Part shown: piece by piece, positions 37,301 to 51,464 of the stretch | How positions within the stretch are numbered: position 1 is the stretch's first letter | Layout: each line of letters starts with the position of its first letter | Assembly: GCA_030390025.1 (NCBI GenBank) | Contig: JASTWF010000331.1 | Span: 1 to 64,000 of the forward strand | Length of the DNA stretch: 64,000 bases | Reading direction: 5' to 3' | Origin: Squalus acanthias | Lineage: Eukaryota | Program-made: the position numbers and the translations under genes | The notes under the pieces: generated by a model | Database searches by the model: none | Seen by the model: the letters and a program-made list of their open reading frames with translations, nothing else | Told to the model about the DNA's origin: nothing

Positions 37301-40300
37301 CACAGACAGCTCATTTTACAAACTCAGAAAGTTCATTTCACAGACACAGACATCTCCATTCACAGACTCAGACAACTCATTTCACAGACCGAGACAGCTC
37401 CAATCGCAAACTCAGAGAGCTCCATTTACAGACTCTGGCAGCTAAATTCACAGACCAAGACATCTCCATTCACTGACCCAGACAGCTCATTTAACAGACC
37501 TTGATATCTCCATTCACAGACCTAGACAACACATTTCACAGACACATACAGGTACATTCACAGACCCAGACAACTCACTTCACAGACCAAGACAGCGATA
37601 TTCACAGACCCAGGCAGCTCCATTCACAGACCCAGAGAGTTGCATTCTCAGACACAGACAACTCTATTCACAGACTAGCAAGCTCATTTCATAGACACAG
37701 AGAGCACCATTCACAGACTCAGACAGTTTATTTCACAGAGCCAGAAAGCTCCATTGACAGACCCAGACAGCTCCATTCACAGACTCAGCAAGCTCATTTC
37801 ACAGACTTAATCAGTTCATTTGACAGACCCAGACAGCTCCATTCACAGCCACATACTGCTCTATTCACAGATTGAGAGATCTCCATTCACAGACCCTGAC
37901 ATCTCCATTCACAGACATAAACAGATCCATTCACAGAACGAGACAGCTCCATTCACCGACCCAGACTGTAACATTCACCGACACAGATAGTTCCATTCAC
38001 AGACCCAGACAGCTCCATTCACAGACCCAGACAGCTCCATTCACAGACCCAGACAGCTCCATTCAGTGACCCAGGCAGCTCCATTCACAGACTCAACAAG
38101 CTCATTTCATAGACACAGAGAGCACCATTCACAGACTCAGGCAGCTGCATTCACAGACACAGAGTGCTCCATTCACAGACACAGACATCTCCATTCACAC
38201 ACCCAGAGAGCTCCATTCTCAGACCCAGACATCTCTATTCACAGACACAGAACATTCATTTCACAGACCGTGACAGCTCCAAACGCAGACTCAGACAGAT
38301 CAATTCACAGACCCAGACATCTCCAGCCACAGACGCAGACAAATCATTTCACAGACACAGACAGCTCAAGTCACAGACCCAGATATCTCTATTGACAGAC
38401 CTAGACAACACCATTCACAGACTCAGAAAGCTCCATTCACAGACACAGACATCTCTATTCACAGACCCAGACATCACCATTCACAGACCAGGACAACTCA
38501 TTTCACAGACTCAGGCAGCTCCATTCACAGACCCAGAGAGCTCCATTCACACACCCAGAGAGCTCCAATCTCAGACCCAGACAACTCTATTCACAGACTC
38601 AGCAAGCTCATTTCACAGACCCAGAGAGCACCATTGACAGACCCAGACAGCTCCATTCACAGACTCAGCAAGCTAATTTCACAGACCCAGACAGCAGCAT
38701 TCACAGATTCAGACAGATCATTTGACAGACCCAGACATCTCCATTCACAGAAGCAGACAGCTCCATTCATATACCGAGACAGCTGCATTCACAGACTCAG
38801 ACGGCTCACTTCAAAGATTCAGAAAGCTGAGGTGACAGACCCAGACAGCTCCATTCACAGACTCTGACAGCTCTATTCACAGACCCAGACAACTCCATTC
38901 AAAGACCAAGACAGCTCGGTTCACAGATCCAGCGAGCTACATTCACAGACTCGGAAACCACATTTCACAGCTCCATTCAGAGACCCATCAGCTCCATTAA
39001 CAGACCCAGACTGCTCCATTCACAGACCCAGACAGATGATTTCGCAGACTCTGGCAGATCATTTCACAGACCCAGACAGCACCATTCACAGAGCAAGACA
39101 GCTCAATTCAAAGGCTCAGACAACTCCATTTTCAGACCAAGACAGCTCTTATCGCAGATCCAGACAGCTTCATTCACAGACCCATCAGCTCCATTCACAG
39201 ACACAGAAATCTCCATTCGCAGACCCAGACTGTTCCATTCACCGACCCGGACAGTTCCATTCACAGACCCTGACAGCTCCATTCACAGACCCAGACAACT
39301 CATTTCACAGACTGAGACAGCTCCATTCACAGATCCAGGCAGCTCCATTCAGAGACCCATGCAGCTCCATTCAGAGACCCAGAGAGCAACATTCACAGAC
39401 CCAGGCAATTCCATTCACAGACTAGACATCTCCATTCACGGACCCAGACAGCTCCATTCACAGACCCGGACAGTTCCATTCACAGACCCAGACAGTTAAA
39501 TTCACAGACCCAGCCAGCTCCATGAACAGTCCCAAACAGCTCCATTCACAGACCCAGACATATGATTTCACAGACCCAGGCAGCTCCATTCAGAGACCCA
39601 GACAGCTACATTCACAGACCCAGTTAACTCTATTCACAGATTCAGCAAACTGATTTCACAGACCCAGGCAGCTCATTTCACAGACTCACACAGCGCCATT
39701 CGAAGACACAGACAGCACATTTCAGAGACCCAGACAGCACCATTCAAAGACCCAGACAGCACATTTCACCGACCCAGAGAGCTCATTCACAGACACAGAA
39801 AGCTCCATTCACAGAAACAGACAGCTCCATTCACAGACCAAACAGTTCCATTCACAGTCCGAGTAGCTCATTTTACAGACTCTGGCAGCTCCATTCAGAG
39901 ATCCAGACAGATCCATTCACAGACCCAGACAGCTCCATTTACAGACACTGGGAGCTCCATTCAAAACAGAGGCAACTCCATTCACAGACCCAGACAGCTC
40001 CATTTTCAGACTCTGGCAGCTCCATTCAAAGACCCAGACAGCTCCATTCACAGACCCAGACAGCTACATTTACAGACCTAGGCAGCTCCATTCACAGACC
40101 CAGACAACCCATTTCAAAGACTCAGTCAGATCAATTCACAGACCCATACATCTCCATTCACAGACCAAGGCAGCTCCATTCACAGACTCCGAAAGCTTAA
40201 TTCACATACCCAGACAGCTCCATCCACAGACCCAGAGATGTCGTTTCACAGACACTGACAGCTCTATTCACAGAAGCAGACAGCTCATTTCACCGACCCA

Positions 40301-43300
40301 GACTGCTCCAGTCACCGACTCAGAAAGCTCATTACACAGACCCAGACAGCTCCATTCACAGACTCCGAAAGTTAATTTCACATACCCAGACAGATCCATT
40401 CACAGACTCAGACAGCTCCATTCACAGAAACAGACAGCAACATTCACAGACATGGAAAGCTGAGTTCAAAAACACAGACAGCTCATTTTACAAACTCAGA
40501 AAGTTCATTTCACAGACACAGACATCTCTATTCACAGACTCAGACAACTCATTTCACAGACCGAGACAGCTCCAATCGCAAACTCAGAGAGTTCCATTTA
40601 CAGACTCTGGCAGCTAAATTCACAGACCAAGACATCTCCATTCACTGACCCAGACAGCTCATTTAACAGACCTTGATATCTCCATTCACAGACCTAGACA
40701 ACACATTTCACAGACACATACAGGTACATTCACAGACCCAGACAACTCACTTCACAGACCAAGACAGCGATATTCACAGACCCAGGCAGCTCCATTCACA
40801 GACCCAGAGAGTTGCATTCTCAGACACAGACAACTCTAATCACAGACTAGCAAGCTCATTTCATAGACACAGAGAGCACCATTCACAGACTCAGACAGTT
40901 TATTTCACAGAGCCAGAAAGCTCCATTGACAGACCCAGACAGCTCCATTCACAGACTCAGCAAGCTCATTTCACAGACTTAATCAGTTCATTTGACAGAC
41001 CCAGACAGCTCCATTCACAGCCACATACTGCTCTATTCACAGATTGAGAGATCTCCATTCACAGACCCTGACATCTCCATTCACAGACATAAACAGATCC
41101 ATTCACAGAACGAGACAGCTCCATTCACCGACCCAGACTGTAACATTCACCGACACAGATAGTTCCATTCACAGACCCAGACAGCTCCATTCACAGACCC
41201 AGACAGCTCCATTCACAGACCCAGACAGCTCCATTCAGTGACCCAGGCAGCTCCATTCACAGACTCAACAAGCTCATTTCATAGACACAGAGAGCACCAT
41301 TCACAGACTCAGAAAGCTCCATTCACAGACACAGACATCTCTATTCACAGACCCAGACATCACCATTCACAGACCAGGACAACTCATTTCACAGACTCAG
41401 GCAGCTCCATTCACAGACCCAGAGAGCTCCATTCACACACCCAGAGAGCTCCATTCTCAGACCCAGACAACTCTATTCACAGACTCAGCAAACTCATTTC
41501 ACAGACCCAGAGAGCACCATTGACAGACACAGACAGCTCCATTCACAGACTCAGCAAGCTAATTTCACAGACCCAGACAGCAGCATTCACAGATTCAGAC
41601 AGATCATTTGACAGACCCAGACATCTCCATTCACAGAAGCAGACAGCTCCATTCAAATACCGAGACAGCTGCATTCACAGACTCAGACGGCTCACTTCAA
41701 AGATTCAGAAAGCTGAGGTGACAGACCCAGACAGCTCCATTCACAGACTCTGACAGCTCTATTCACAGACCCAGACAACTCCATTCAAAGACCAAGACAG
41801 CTCGGTTCACAGATCCAGCGAGCTACATTCACAGACTCGGAAACCACATTTCACAGCTCCATTCAGAGACCCATCAGCTCCATTAATAGACCCAGACTGC
41901 TCCATTCACAGACCCAGACAGATGATTTCGCAGACTCTGGCAGATCATTTCACAGACCCAGACAGCACCATTCACAGAGCAAGACAGCTCAATTCAAAGG
42001 CTCAGACAACTCCATTTTCAGACCAAGACAGCTCTTATCACAGATCCAGACAGCTTCATTCACAGACCCATCAGCTCCATTCACAGACACAGAAATCTCC
42101 ATTCGCAGACCCAGACTGTTCCATTCACCGACCCGGACAGTTCCATTCACAGACCCTGACAGCTCCATTCACAGACCCAGACAACTCATTTCACAGACTG
42201 AGACAGCTCCATTCACAGATCCAGGCAGCTCCATTCAGAGACCCATGCAGCTCCATTCAGAGACCCAGAGAGCAACATTCACAGACCCAGGCAATTCCAT
42301 TCACAGACTAGACATCTCCATTCACGGACCCAGACAGCTCCATTCACAGACCCGGACAGTTCCATTCACAGACCCAGACAGTTAAATTCACAGACCCAGC
42401 CAGCTCCATGAACAGTCCCAAACAGCTCCATTCACAGACCCAGACATATGATTTCACAGACCCAGGCAGCTCCATTCAGAGACCCAGACAGCTACATTCA
42501 CAGACCCAGTTAACTCTATTCACAGATTCAGCAAACTGATTTCACAGACCCAGGCAGCTCATTTCACAGACTCACACAGCGCCATTCAAAGACACAGACA
42601 GCACATTTCAGAGACCCAGACAGCACCATTCAAAGACCCAGACAGCACATTTCACCGACCCAGAGAGCTCATTCACAGACACAGAAAGCTCCATTCACAG
42701 AAACAGACAGCTCCATTCACAGACCAAACAGTTCCATTCACAGTCCGAGTAGCTCATTTTACAGACTCTGGCAGCTCCATTCAGAGATCCAGACAGATCC
42801 ATTCACAGACCCAGACAGCTCCATTTACAGACACTGGGAGCTCCATTCAAAACAGAGGCAACTCCATTCACAGACCCAGACAGCTCCATTTTCAGACTCT
42901 GGCAGCTCCATTCAAAGACCCAGACAGCTCCATTCACAGACCCAGACAGCTACATTTACAGACCTAGGCAGCTCCATTCACAGACCCAGACAACCCATTT
43001 CAAAGACTCAGTCAGATCAATTCACAGACCCATACATCTCCATTCACAGACCAAGGCAGCTCCATTCACAGACTCCGAAAGCTTAATTCACATACCCAGA
43101 CAGCTCCATCCACAGACCCAGAGATGTCGTTTCACAGACACTGACAGCTCTATTCACAGAAGCAGACAGCTCATTTCACCGACCCAGACTGCTCCAGTCA
43201 CCGACTCAGAAAGCTCATTACACAGACCCAGACAGCTCCATTCACAGACTCCGAAAGTTAATTTCACATACCCAGACAGATCCATTCACAGACTCAGACA

Positions 43301-44320
43301 GCTCCATTCACAGAAACAGACAGCAACATTCACAGACATGGAAAGCTGAGTTCAAAAACACAGACAGCTCATTTTACAAACTCAGAAAGTTCATTTCACA
43401 GACACAGACATCTCTATTCACAGACTCAGACAACTCATTTCACAGACCGAGACAGCTCCAATCGCAAACTCAGAGAGTTCCATTTACAGACTCTGGCAGC
43501 TAAATTCACAGACCAAGACATCTCCATTCACTGACCCAGGCAGCTCATTTAACAGACCTTGATATCTCCATTCACAGACCTAGACAACATATTTCACAGA
43601 CACATACAGGTACATTCACAGACCCAGACAACTCACTTCACAGACCCAGACAGCGATATTCACAGACCCAGGCAGCTCCATTCACAGACCCAGAGAGTTG
43701 CATTCTCAGACACAGACAACTCTATTCACAGACTAGCAAGCTCATTTCATAGACCCAGACAGCGATATTCACAGACCCAGGCAGCTCCATTCACAGACCC
43801 AGAGAGTTGCATTCTCAGACACAGACAGCTCCATTCACAGACTCAGCAAGCTCATTTCACAGACTTAATCAGTTCATTTGACAGACCCAGACAGCTCCAT
43901 TCACAGCCACATACTGCTCTATTCACAGATTGAGAGATCTCCATTCACAGACGCTGACATCTCCATTCATAGACATAAACAGATCCATTCATAGACCGAG
44001 ACAGCTCCATTCACCGACCCAGACTGTAACATTCACCGACACAGATAGTTCCATTCACAGACCCAGACAGCTCCATTCAGAGACCCAGACAGCTCCATTC
44101 ACAGACCCAGACAGCTCCATTCAGAGACCCAGGCAGCTCCATTCACAGACTCAACAAGCTCATTTCATATACCCAGAGAGCACCATTCACAGACTCAGAC
44201 AGTTCATTTCACAGAGTCAGAAAGCTCCATTGACAGACCCAGACAGCTCCATTCACAGACCCAGCCAGCTCCATTAACAGACCCAGACAGCTCCGTTCAA
44301 AGACCCAGACAGCTCCATTC
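34372..44320. repeat. ~22-bp satellite (CAGACAGCTCCATTCACAGACC)n, ~450 units, with ~2.9-3.2-kb higher-order repeats
   Basis: Directly visible. Near-identical pseudo-ORFs recur at 35929/39036/41922 and 37501/40673/43559. Confidence 0.97.
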
Positions 44321-47300
44321 ATAGAAACATAGAAACATAGAAGTTAGGAGCAGGAGTAGGCCATTCGGCCCCTCGAGCCTGCTCCGCCATTCGATGAGAT
44401 CATGGCTGATCATCCAAACTCAGTACCCTGTACCTGCCTTCTCCTCATATCCCTTGATACCTTTAGCTTTAAGAAATATATCTAACTCATTCTTGAATAT
44501 ATTTAATGACTTGGCCTCAACTACCTTCTGTGGTAGAGAATTCCACAGGTTTACCACTCTCTGGGTGAAGAAATTCCTCCTCATTTCTGTCCTAAATGGC
44601 TTACCCGTTATCCTTAGATTATGACCCCTGGTTCTGGACTCTCCGACCATCAGGAACATTCTTCCTGCATCTAGTTTGTCCAGACCTGTCAGAATTTTAT
44701 ATGTTTCGATGAGATCCCCTCTCATTCTTCTATACTCCAGCGAGTATAAGCCCAATCGACCCAATCTCTCATCATATGTCATTCCTGCCATCCCAGGTAT
44801 CAGCCTTGTGAATCTTCGCTGAACTCCTTCTATGGCAAGAACATCCTTCCTCAGATAAGGCGACCAAAACTGCACACAGTACTCAAGGTGTGGTCTCACC
44901 AAGGCCCTGTACAACTGCAGCAGGACATCCCTGTTCCAATACTCAAACCCTTTCGCTATGAAGGCCAACATCATCTTCTTCACCGCCTGCTGCACCTGCC
45001 TGCTTACTTTCAGCGACTGGTGCACAACGACACCCAGGTCTCGTTGCACTTCCCCTTCTCCCAATCTATTGCCATTCAGATAATAGTCTGCCTTTCTGTT
45101 TTTGACACCAAAGTGGATAACCTCGCACTTTTCCACGTTATATTGCATCTGCCACGCTTCTGCCCACTCAGCCAACCTGTCCATATCATCCTGGAGTTTC
45201 TCGGTATCCTCCTCGCAGCACATACTCCCACCCAGCTTTGTGTCATCTGCAAACTTGGAGATATTACATTTAGTACCCTTATCTAGATCATTAATGTATA
45301 TTGTGAATAGCTGTGGTCCAAGGACCGATCCCTGCGGTACCCCACTAGTCACTGCTTGCCACTCGGAAAAAGACCCATTAATTCCTACTCTCTGCTTTCT
45401 GTCCGCCAACCAGTTCTCTATCCAAGTCAATACATTGCCCCCAATCCCATGTGCCTTAACTTTACACGCTAATCTCTTATGCAGGACCTTATCGAAAGCC
45501 TTTTGAAAGTCCAAATACATCTACTGGTTCTCCCTTATCTATTTTCCCAGTTACATCCTCAAAAAATTCCAGTAGATTAGTCAAGCACGATTTACCTTTT
45601 GTAAATCCATGTTGACTTTGTCCGATCCTGTCACTGTTTTTCAAATGCTCAGCTATTACATCCTTTATAATGGACTCTAGCATTTTCCCCACTACCGATG
45701 TCAGGCTTACCGGTCTGTAATTCCCTGCTTTCTCTCTACCACCCTTTTTGATTAGTGGGGTAACATTAACTACTCTCCAATCCATGGGTACAGTTCCAGA
45801 TTCCATCGAATGTTGGAAGATGATCAGCAATGCATCTACTATTTCTAGGGCCACTACCTTAAGTACCCTACGATGTAGATTATCAGGCCCTGGGGATTTA
45901 TCGGCCTTCCATACCGTCAATTTCCCTAACACGATTTCCCTGCAAATACTGATTTCATTCAGTTCCTCCCTTTCATCAGACCGTATGTTCTCCAACATCT
46001 CTGGGAGCTTATTTGTGTCCACCTTTGTGAAGACAGAACCAAAATATGCATTTAATTGGGCCGCCATTTCTTTGTTCCCCATTATAACTTCCCCCGCTTC
46101 TAACTGCAAGGGACCTACACTTGATTTCACAAATCTTTTTCTCTTCACATATCTATAAAAGCTCTTACAGTCAGTTTTTATTTTCCCAGCAAGCTTACTT
46201 TCACATTCTATTTTCCCCTTCTTAATTAATCCCTTTGTCCTCCTTTGTTGAATCATAAACTGCTCCCAATCCTTAGGGCTAAAGCTTTTTCTGGCCAATT
46301 TATATGCCCACTCCTTGGATCTTATGCTATCCCTAATTTCCCTTGTTAGCCACGGTTGAGTCACCCTTTTTGTTTTATTCTTATGCCACACTGGGATGTA
46401 CAAATTCTGTAGTTCATCCATGCAGTCTTTGAATGTTTGCCATTGCCTATCCACAGTCAACCCCTTGAGTGACATTCCCCAATCAATCCTACCCAATTCG
46501 CGCCTCATACCATCGTAGTTTCCTTTATTTAAATTCAGGACCCTAGTCTCTGATTCAACTACTTCACTCTCCATCCTAATGAAGAATTCTATCATATTAT
46601 GATCACTCTGACCCAAGGGGTAACGTACAACAAGATTGCTAATTAATACTTTCTCGTTACATAATACCCAGTCTAAGATGGCCTGATCTCTGGTTGGTTC
46701 CTCGACATATTGTTCCAGAAAACCATCTCGTAAACATTCTAGGAATTCCTCCTCCACAGTATTTTTACTAATTTGGTTAGCCCAATCTATATGTAAATTA
46801 AAGTCACCCATGATGACTGCTGTGCCCTTACTGCATGCTTCTCTAATTTCCCTTTGAATGCCGTGCCCAACCTCCGTATTACTGTTTGGAGGTCTATATA
46901 CAACTCCCACTAACGTTTTCTGCCCCTTGTTATTTCTCAGTTCTACCCATATAGATTCCGCATCATCAGAGCTAATATCCTTCCTTTCAATTATGTTAAT
47001 CCCCTCTTTAACCAGCAATGCTACCCCACCTCCCTGTCTTTTTTGCCTATCTTTCCTAAATATTGAATAACCCTGGATGTTGATTTCCCAGCCTTGGCCA
47101 CCCTGGAGCCATGTTTCTGTAATCCCATTCAAATCGTATTAATTTACCTCTATTTGCACAGCGAATTCATCCACCTTGTTCCGAATGCTCCTTGCATTAA
47201 GAGACAAAGCCTTCAGGCTTGTTTTTTTTAACGCTTTCAGACCTATATGAATTATTATTTACTATGACCATGTTTGATTTAAACCGTTGAGTTCTTTGCC

Positions 47301-48157
47301 TTCTACTTTTGTTTTTCTTCTTCCTGTCTTTAAGTTTTATCCTTATTTCCCTTTCCTCTGTCTCCCTGCTCAGGTTCCCAACCCCCTGCCACTTTAGTTT
47401 AAACCCTCCCCAACAGCACTTGCAATCACTCCGCCTAAGACATCGGTCCCGGCCCTGCCCAGGTGCAGACCGTCCCGTTTGTACTGGTCCCACCTCCTCC
47501 AGAACCGGTTCCAATGTCCAAGGAAATTGAATCCCTCCCCCGTGCACCATTCCTCTAGCCAAATTTTCATTTGAAACATCCTCCTATTTCTACTCTGACT
47601 TGCACGTGGCACTGGTAGCAATACTGAGATTACTACCTTTGAGGTCCTATTTTTTAATTTACCTCCTAACTCCCTATATTGTGCTTTTAGGACCTCATCC
47701 CGTTTTTTACCTATATCGTTGATGCCTATGTGCACCACGACTACTGGCTGTTCGCCCACACCCTCCAAAATGTTCTGTAGTCGCTCCGAGACGTCCTTGA
47801 CCCTTGCACCAGGGAGGCAACACATCATCCTGGAGTCCCGTTTGCGGCCGCAGAAACGCCTGTCTATTCCCCTTACAATTGAGTCCCCTATCACTATAGC
47901 TCTTCCACACTTTTTCCTCCCAGCCTGTGCAGCAGAGCCACCCCTGGTGCCAGGAAGTTGGCTGCTGCTTCCTTCCACTGATAAGTCATCCCCCCAACAG
48001 TATCCAAAGTGGTATATCTGTTGGAGAATGGGATGGCCACAGGGGACCCTTGCACTACCTGCCTGCTCCTCTTACTCTGCCTGGTGGTCACCCATTCACT
48101 TCCTGCCTGTACACCCTTTGCCTGCGGTGTGACCAACTCGCTAAACTTGCTATCCAC
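44320..48157 (-). mobile_element. Near-full-length CR1 LINE (ORF1 esterase; ORF2 APE endonuclease and RT), inactive
   Basis: ORF1 47394-47978 (IVIGDSIVRG). ORF2 45489-47132 (GITETWL, GDFN, SDHNMI) and 44420-45520 ([16 protein letters not shown]). Frameshifting deletion at ~45520 and an in-frame stop near the ORF2 start. (catagaaa)n tail. Confidence 0.97.
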
Positions 48158-48508
48158 GAGACAGAGCAGAGTGCAGGTTGTTGCTAGAACCACAGCCGCA
48201 GTTTTATCGGTGCAATATTTTGTTTTCAGCTTCTGGCAACAAATGTTGACAATTCCATCAAAGTGAAAATGACGGTGAACCAGACAGAACAGTCTCTCTG
48301 GCTGCAGCGGTCAGGACAAAGATAACACTACACATAGGGGTGATGTCCAGGAAAGACAATGGGAAATAATACGCATTGATCTGCCTCAGTATGACCTCAG
48401 TGATAATGACCAGTAGATCCGTCGCTGCCATGGCCATCAGGTAGCGAGTGGTGCAGTTGGAGAGCCCGCACTTTCCCCGGGACAGGATCACAATCGCCAT
48501 TAACTTAA
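48158..48508 (-). pseudogene. GPR139-like GPCR copy 2, exon 2 remnant (TM1 to TM4)
   Basis: Acceptor tcttttttacag at 48509-48520. Reads VKLMAIVILSRGKCGLSNCTTRYLMAMAATDLL..., paralogous to copy 1. N1.50 is changed to K, there are frameshifts at ~48295 and ~48260, DRF is degraded, and the exon is truncated by a CR1. Confidence 0.92.
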
Positions 48509-49094
48509 CTGTAAAAAAGAATCGGGGAAAGAGATTGGAAATGACTGATTAAACATTCTCCGTGTCTGAGACAAGACAAGTTCCTAAAAGCCGCTGGGTT
48601 GGTGTCGGTGCAGAGTTTAAAATTTAAAAAATCCCCAACTGGAGCCAGCCCCCAACCCACCCACCCACGTCCGAGTTTAACGGAGGCGGGACAGGGGTGG
48701 GTGGCCAACATACAGGAGGCCGGTTGGCAATTTATATATTTTATTGTTGCTGGCATCCTCTGAGTTAACCTGTTTTACGGGATTAACTGTGGACGGTGGA
48801 GTTTCTCAGGCCACGGGAAAGCCAGCTGCTGAAGGGAGGCGAGGTTAGTTTCGGGTTGATGTGAAATGCCTTCAGAGCAGTGCTTATGGGCAAGGAGGAG
48901 CAGGAGTGCTTCCCCCGGCCTCCCAATCTCCCCACCCATCAGAGCCAACCCATAAAGAAAGACACCCAAGGCCCGGGGAATGCTCCGGTATTGAATACCA
49001 CCCGGGGTCAGGGATCGCACCTCCAGCCGGACGGGATGCAGACCCCCACGGGTTCGGAGACCCTCTTCCGAGTTCGTGGATTGCAAAAAAAAAC

Positions 49095-51215
49095 AGGATC
49101 AGACACCCACTCTCCGGGGATGGGGTATCAGAACAGCCAGGATCAAACAACCCCTCCCCCGTGATGGGGTATCGGAACACCCAGGATCAGACAAACCCTC
49201 CCACGTGATCGGGTATTGGAACAGCCAGGATCAAACAACCCCTCCCCCGTGATGGGGTATCGGAACACCCAGGATCAAACAACCCCTCCCCCGTGATGGT
49301 GTATTGGAACAGCCAGGATCAAACAACCCCTCCCCCGTGATGGGGTATCGGAACACCCAGGATCAAACAACCCCTCCCCCGTGATGGGGTGTCGGAACAC
49401 CCAGGATCAAACAACCCCTCCCCCGTGATGGGGTATCGGAACACCCAGGTTCAGACACCCCTCCCCCGTGATGGGGTATCGGAACACCCAGGATCAAACA
49501 ACCCCTCCCCCGTGATGGAGTATCGGAACACCCAGGATCAAACAACCCCTCCCCCTTGATGGTGTATTGTAACTCCCAGGATCAAACAACCCCTCCCCCG
49601 TGATGGGGTATCAGAACACCCAGGATCAGACAACCCCTCCCGCGTGATGGGGTGTCGGAACACCCAGGATCAAACAACCCCTCCCACGTGATGGGGTATC
49701 GGAACACCCAGGATCAGACAAACCCTCCCACGTGATCGGGTATTGGAACAGCCAGGATCAAACAACCCCTCCCCCGTGATGGGGTATCGGAACACCCAGG
49801 ATCAAACAACCCCTCCCCCGTGATGGGGTGTCGGAACACCCAGGATCAAACAACCCCTCCCCCGTGATGGGGTATTGTAACTCCCAGGATCAAACAACCC
49901 CTCCCCCGTGATGGGGTATCGGAACACCCAGGATCAAACAACCCCTCCCCCGTGATGGGGTGTCGGAACACCCAGGATCAAACAACCCCTCCCCCGTGAT
50001 GGGGTATCGGAACACCCAGGTTCAGACACCCCTCCCCCGTGATGGGGTATCGGAACACCCAGGATCAAACAACCCCTCCCCCGTGATGGGGTATCGGAAC
50101 ACCCAGGATCAAACAACCCCTCCCCCGTGATGGTGTATTGTAACTCCCAGGATCAAACAACCCCTCCCCCGTGATGGGGTATCAGAACACCCAGGATCAG
50201 ACAACCCCTCCCGCGTGATGGGGTGTCGGAACACCCAGGATCAAACAACCCCTCCCACGTGATGGGGTATCGGAACATCCCAGGATCAGACAAACCCTTC
50301 CCCGTGATGAGGTATCAGAACACCCAGGATTAAACAACCCCTCCCCCGTGATGGGGTATCGGAACACCCAGGATCAAACAACCCCTCCCCCGTGATGGGG
50401 TATCGGAACACCCAGGATCAAACAACCCCTCCCCCGTGATGGGGTGTCGGATCACCCAGGTTCAGACACCCCTCCCCCGTGATGGGGTATCGGAACACCC
50501 AGGATCAAACAACCCCTCCCCCGTGATGGGGTATCGGAACACCCAGTATCAAACAACCCCTCCCCCGTGATGGGGTATCGGAACACCCAGGATCAAAGAA
50601 CCCCTCCCCCGGGGTGGGGTATCGGAACTCCCAGGATCAAACAACCCCTCCCCCGTGATGGGGTATCGGAACACCCAGGATCAGACAACCCCTCCCCCGT
50701 GATGGGGTATTGTAACTCCCAGGATCAAACAACCCCTCCCCCGTGATGGGGTATCGGAACACCCAGGATCAAACAACACCTCCCCCGTGATGGGGTATCG
50801 GAACACCCAGGATCAGACAACCCCTCCCCCGTGATGGGGTATTGTAACTCCCAGGATCAAACAACCCCTCCCCCGTGATGGGGTATCGGAACACCCAGGA
50901 TAAAACAACCCCTCCCCCGTGATGGGGTATCGGAACACCCAGGATCAGACACCCCTTCCCACGTGATGGGGTATCGGAACACCCAGGATCAGACACCCCC
51001 TCCCCCGTGATGGGGTATCGGAACACCCAGGATCAAACAACCCCTCCCCCGTGGTGGGGTATCGGAACACCCAGGATCAGACAAACCCTCCCCCGTGATG
51101 GGGTATTGTAACTCCCAGGATCAATCACCCTTCCACGGGGTAAGTTATCGGAACACCCAGGATCAGACACCACTCATCCGGGAATGGGTATCGGAACACC
51201 CAGGATCAGACAATA
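49095..51215. repeat. 44-bp minisatellite (GGATCAAACAACCCCTCCCCCGTGATGGGGTATCGGAACACCCA)n, ~48 units
   Basis: Directly visible. 44-bp period (gatc at 49141 and 49185) and an internal 571-bp duplication (49363/49934). Lies inside the paralogue of the 9149-11647 MITE. Confidence 0.97.
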
Positions 51216-51464
51216 CTCTCCCGAGTCATGCATCGGACCTACCTGGTCCTGCGACCTGCACCGCAGTCCTCCCCGTTGAACTGTCAATCTGGTTGACTTC
51301 CGGGTGGGTAACCTGTCCAGGACAAAAGACCCACACGATGGAGTTAACCCGTCCGAAATTCCTCCCACCCCCGCACCCCCGCCGATATAACCCGACCTGT
51401 TAATATCCAGACCTACATATTTGAGGGAAAGCAAAATATTGAGACTGCTGTATATCTGAGGGAA

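Noticed and set aside
34302..44277. HSQTQT/FTDPD-rich ORFs up to 390 aa
   Set aside because: A 22-bp unit cycling through reading frames. No coding features.
44420..47978. Active CR1 master element
   Set aside because: 5'-truncated in ORF1, with an in-frame stop near the ORF2 start and a frameshift at ~45520.
49095..51215. CRISPR-like regular repeat with a hairpin
   Set aside because: Head-to-tail units with no unique spacers, no cas genes, and a vertebrate context.
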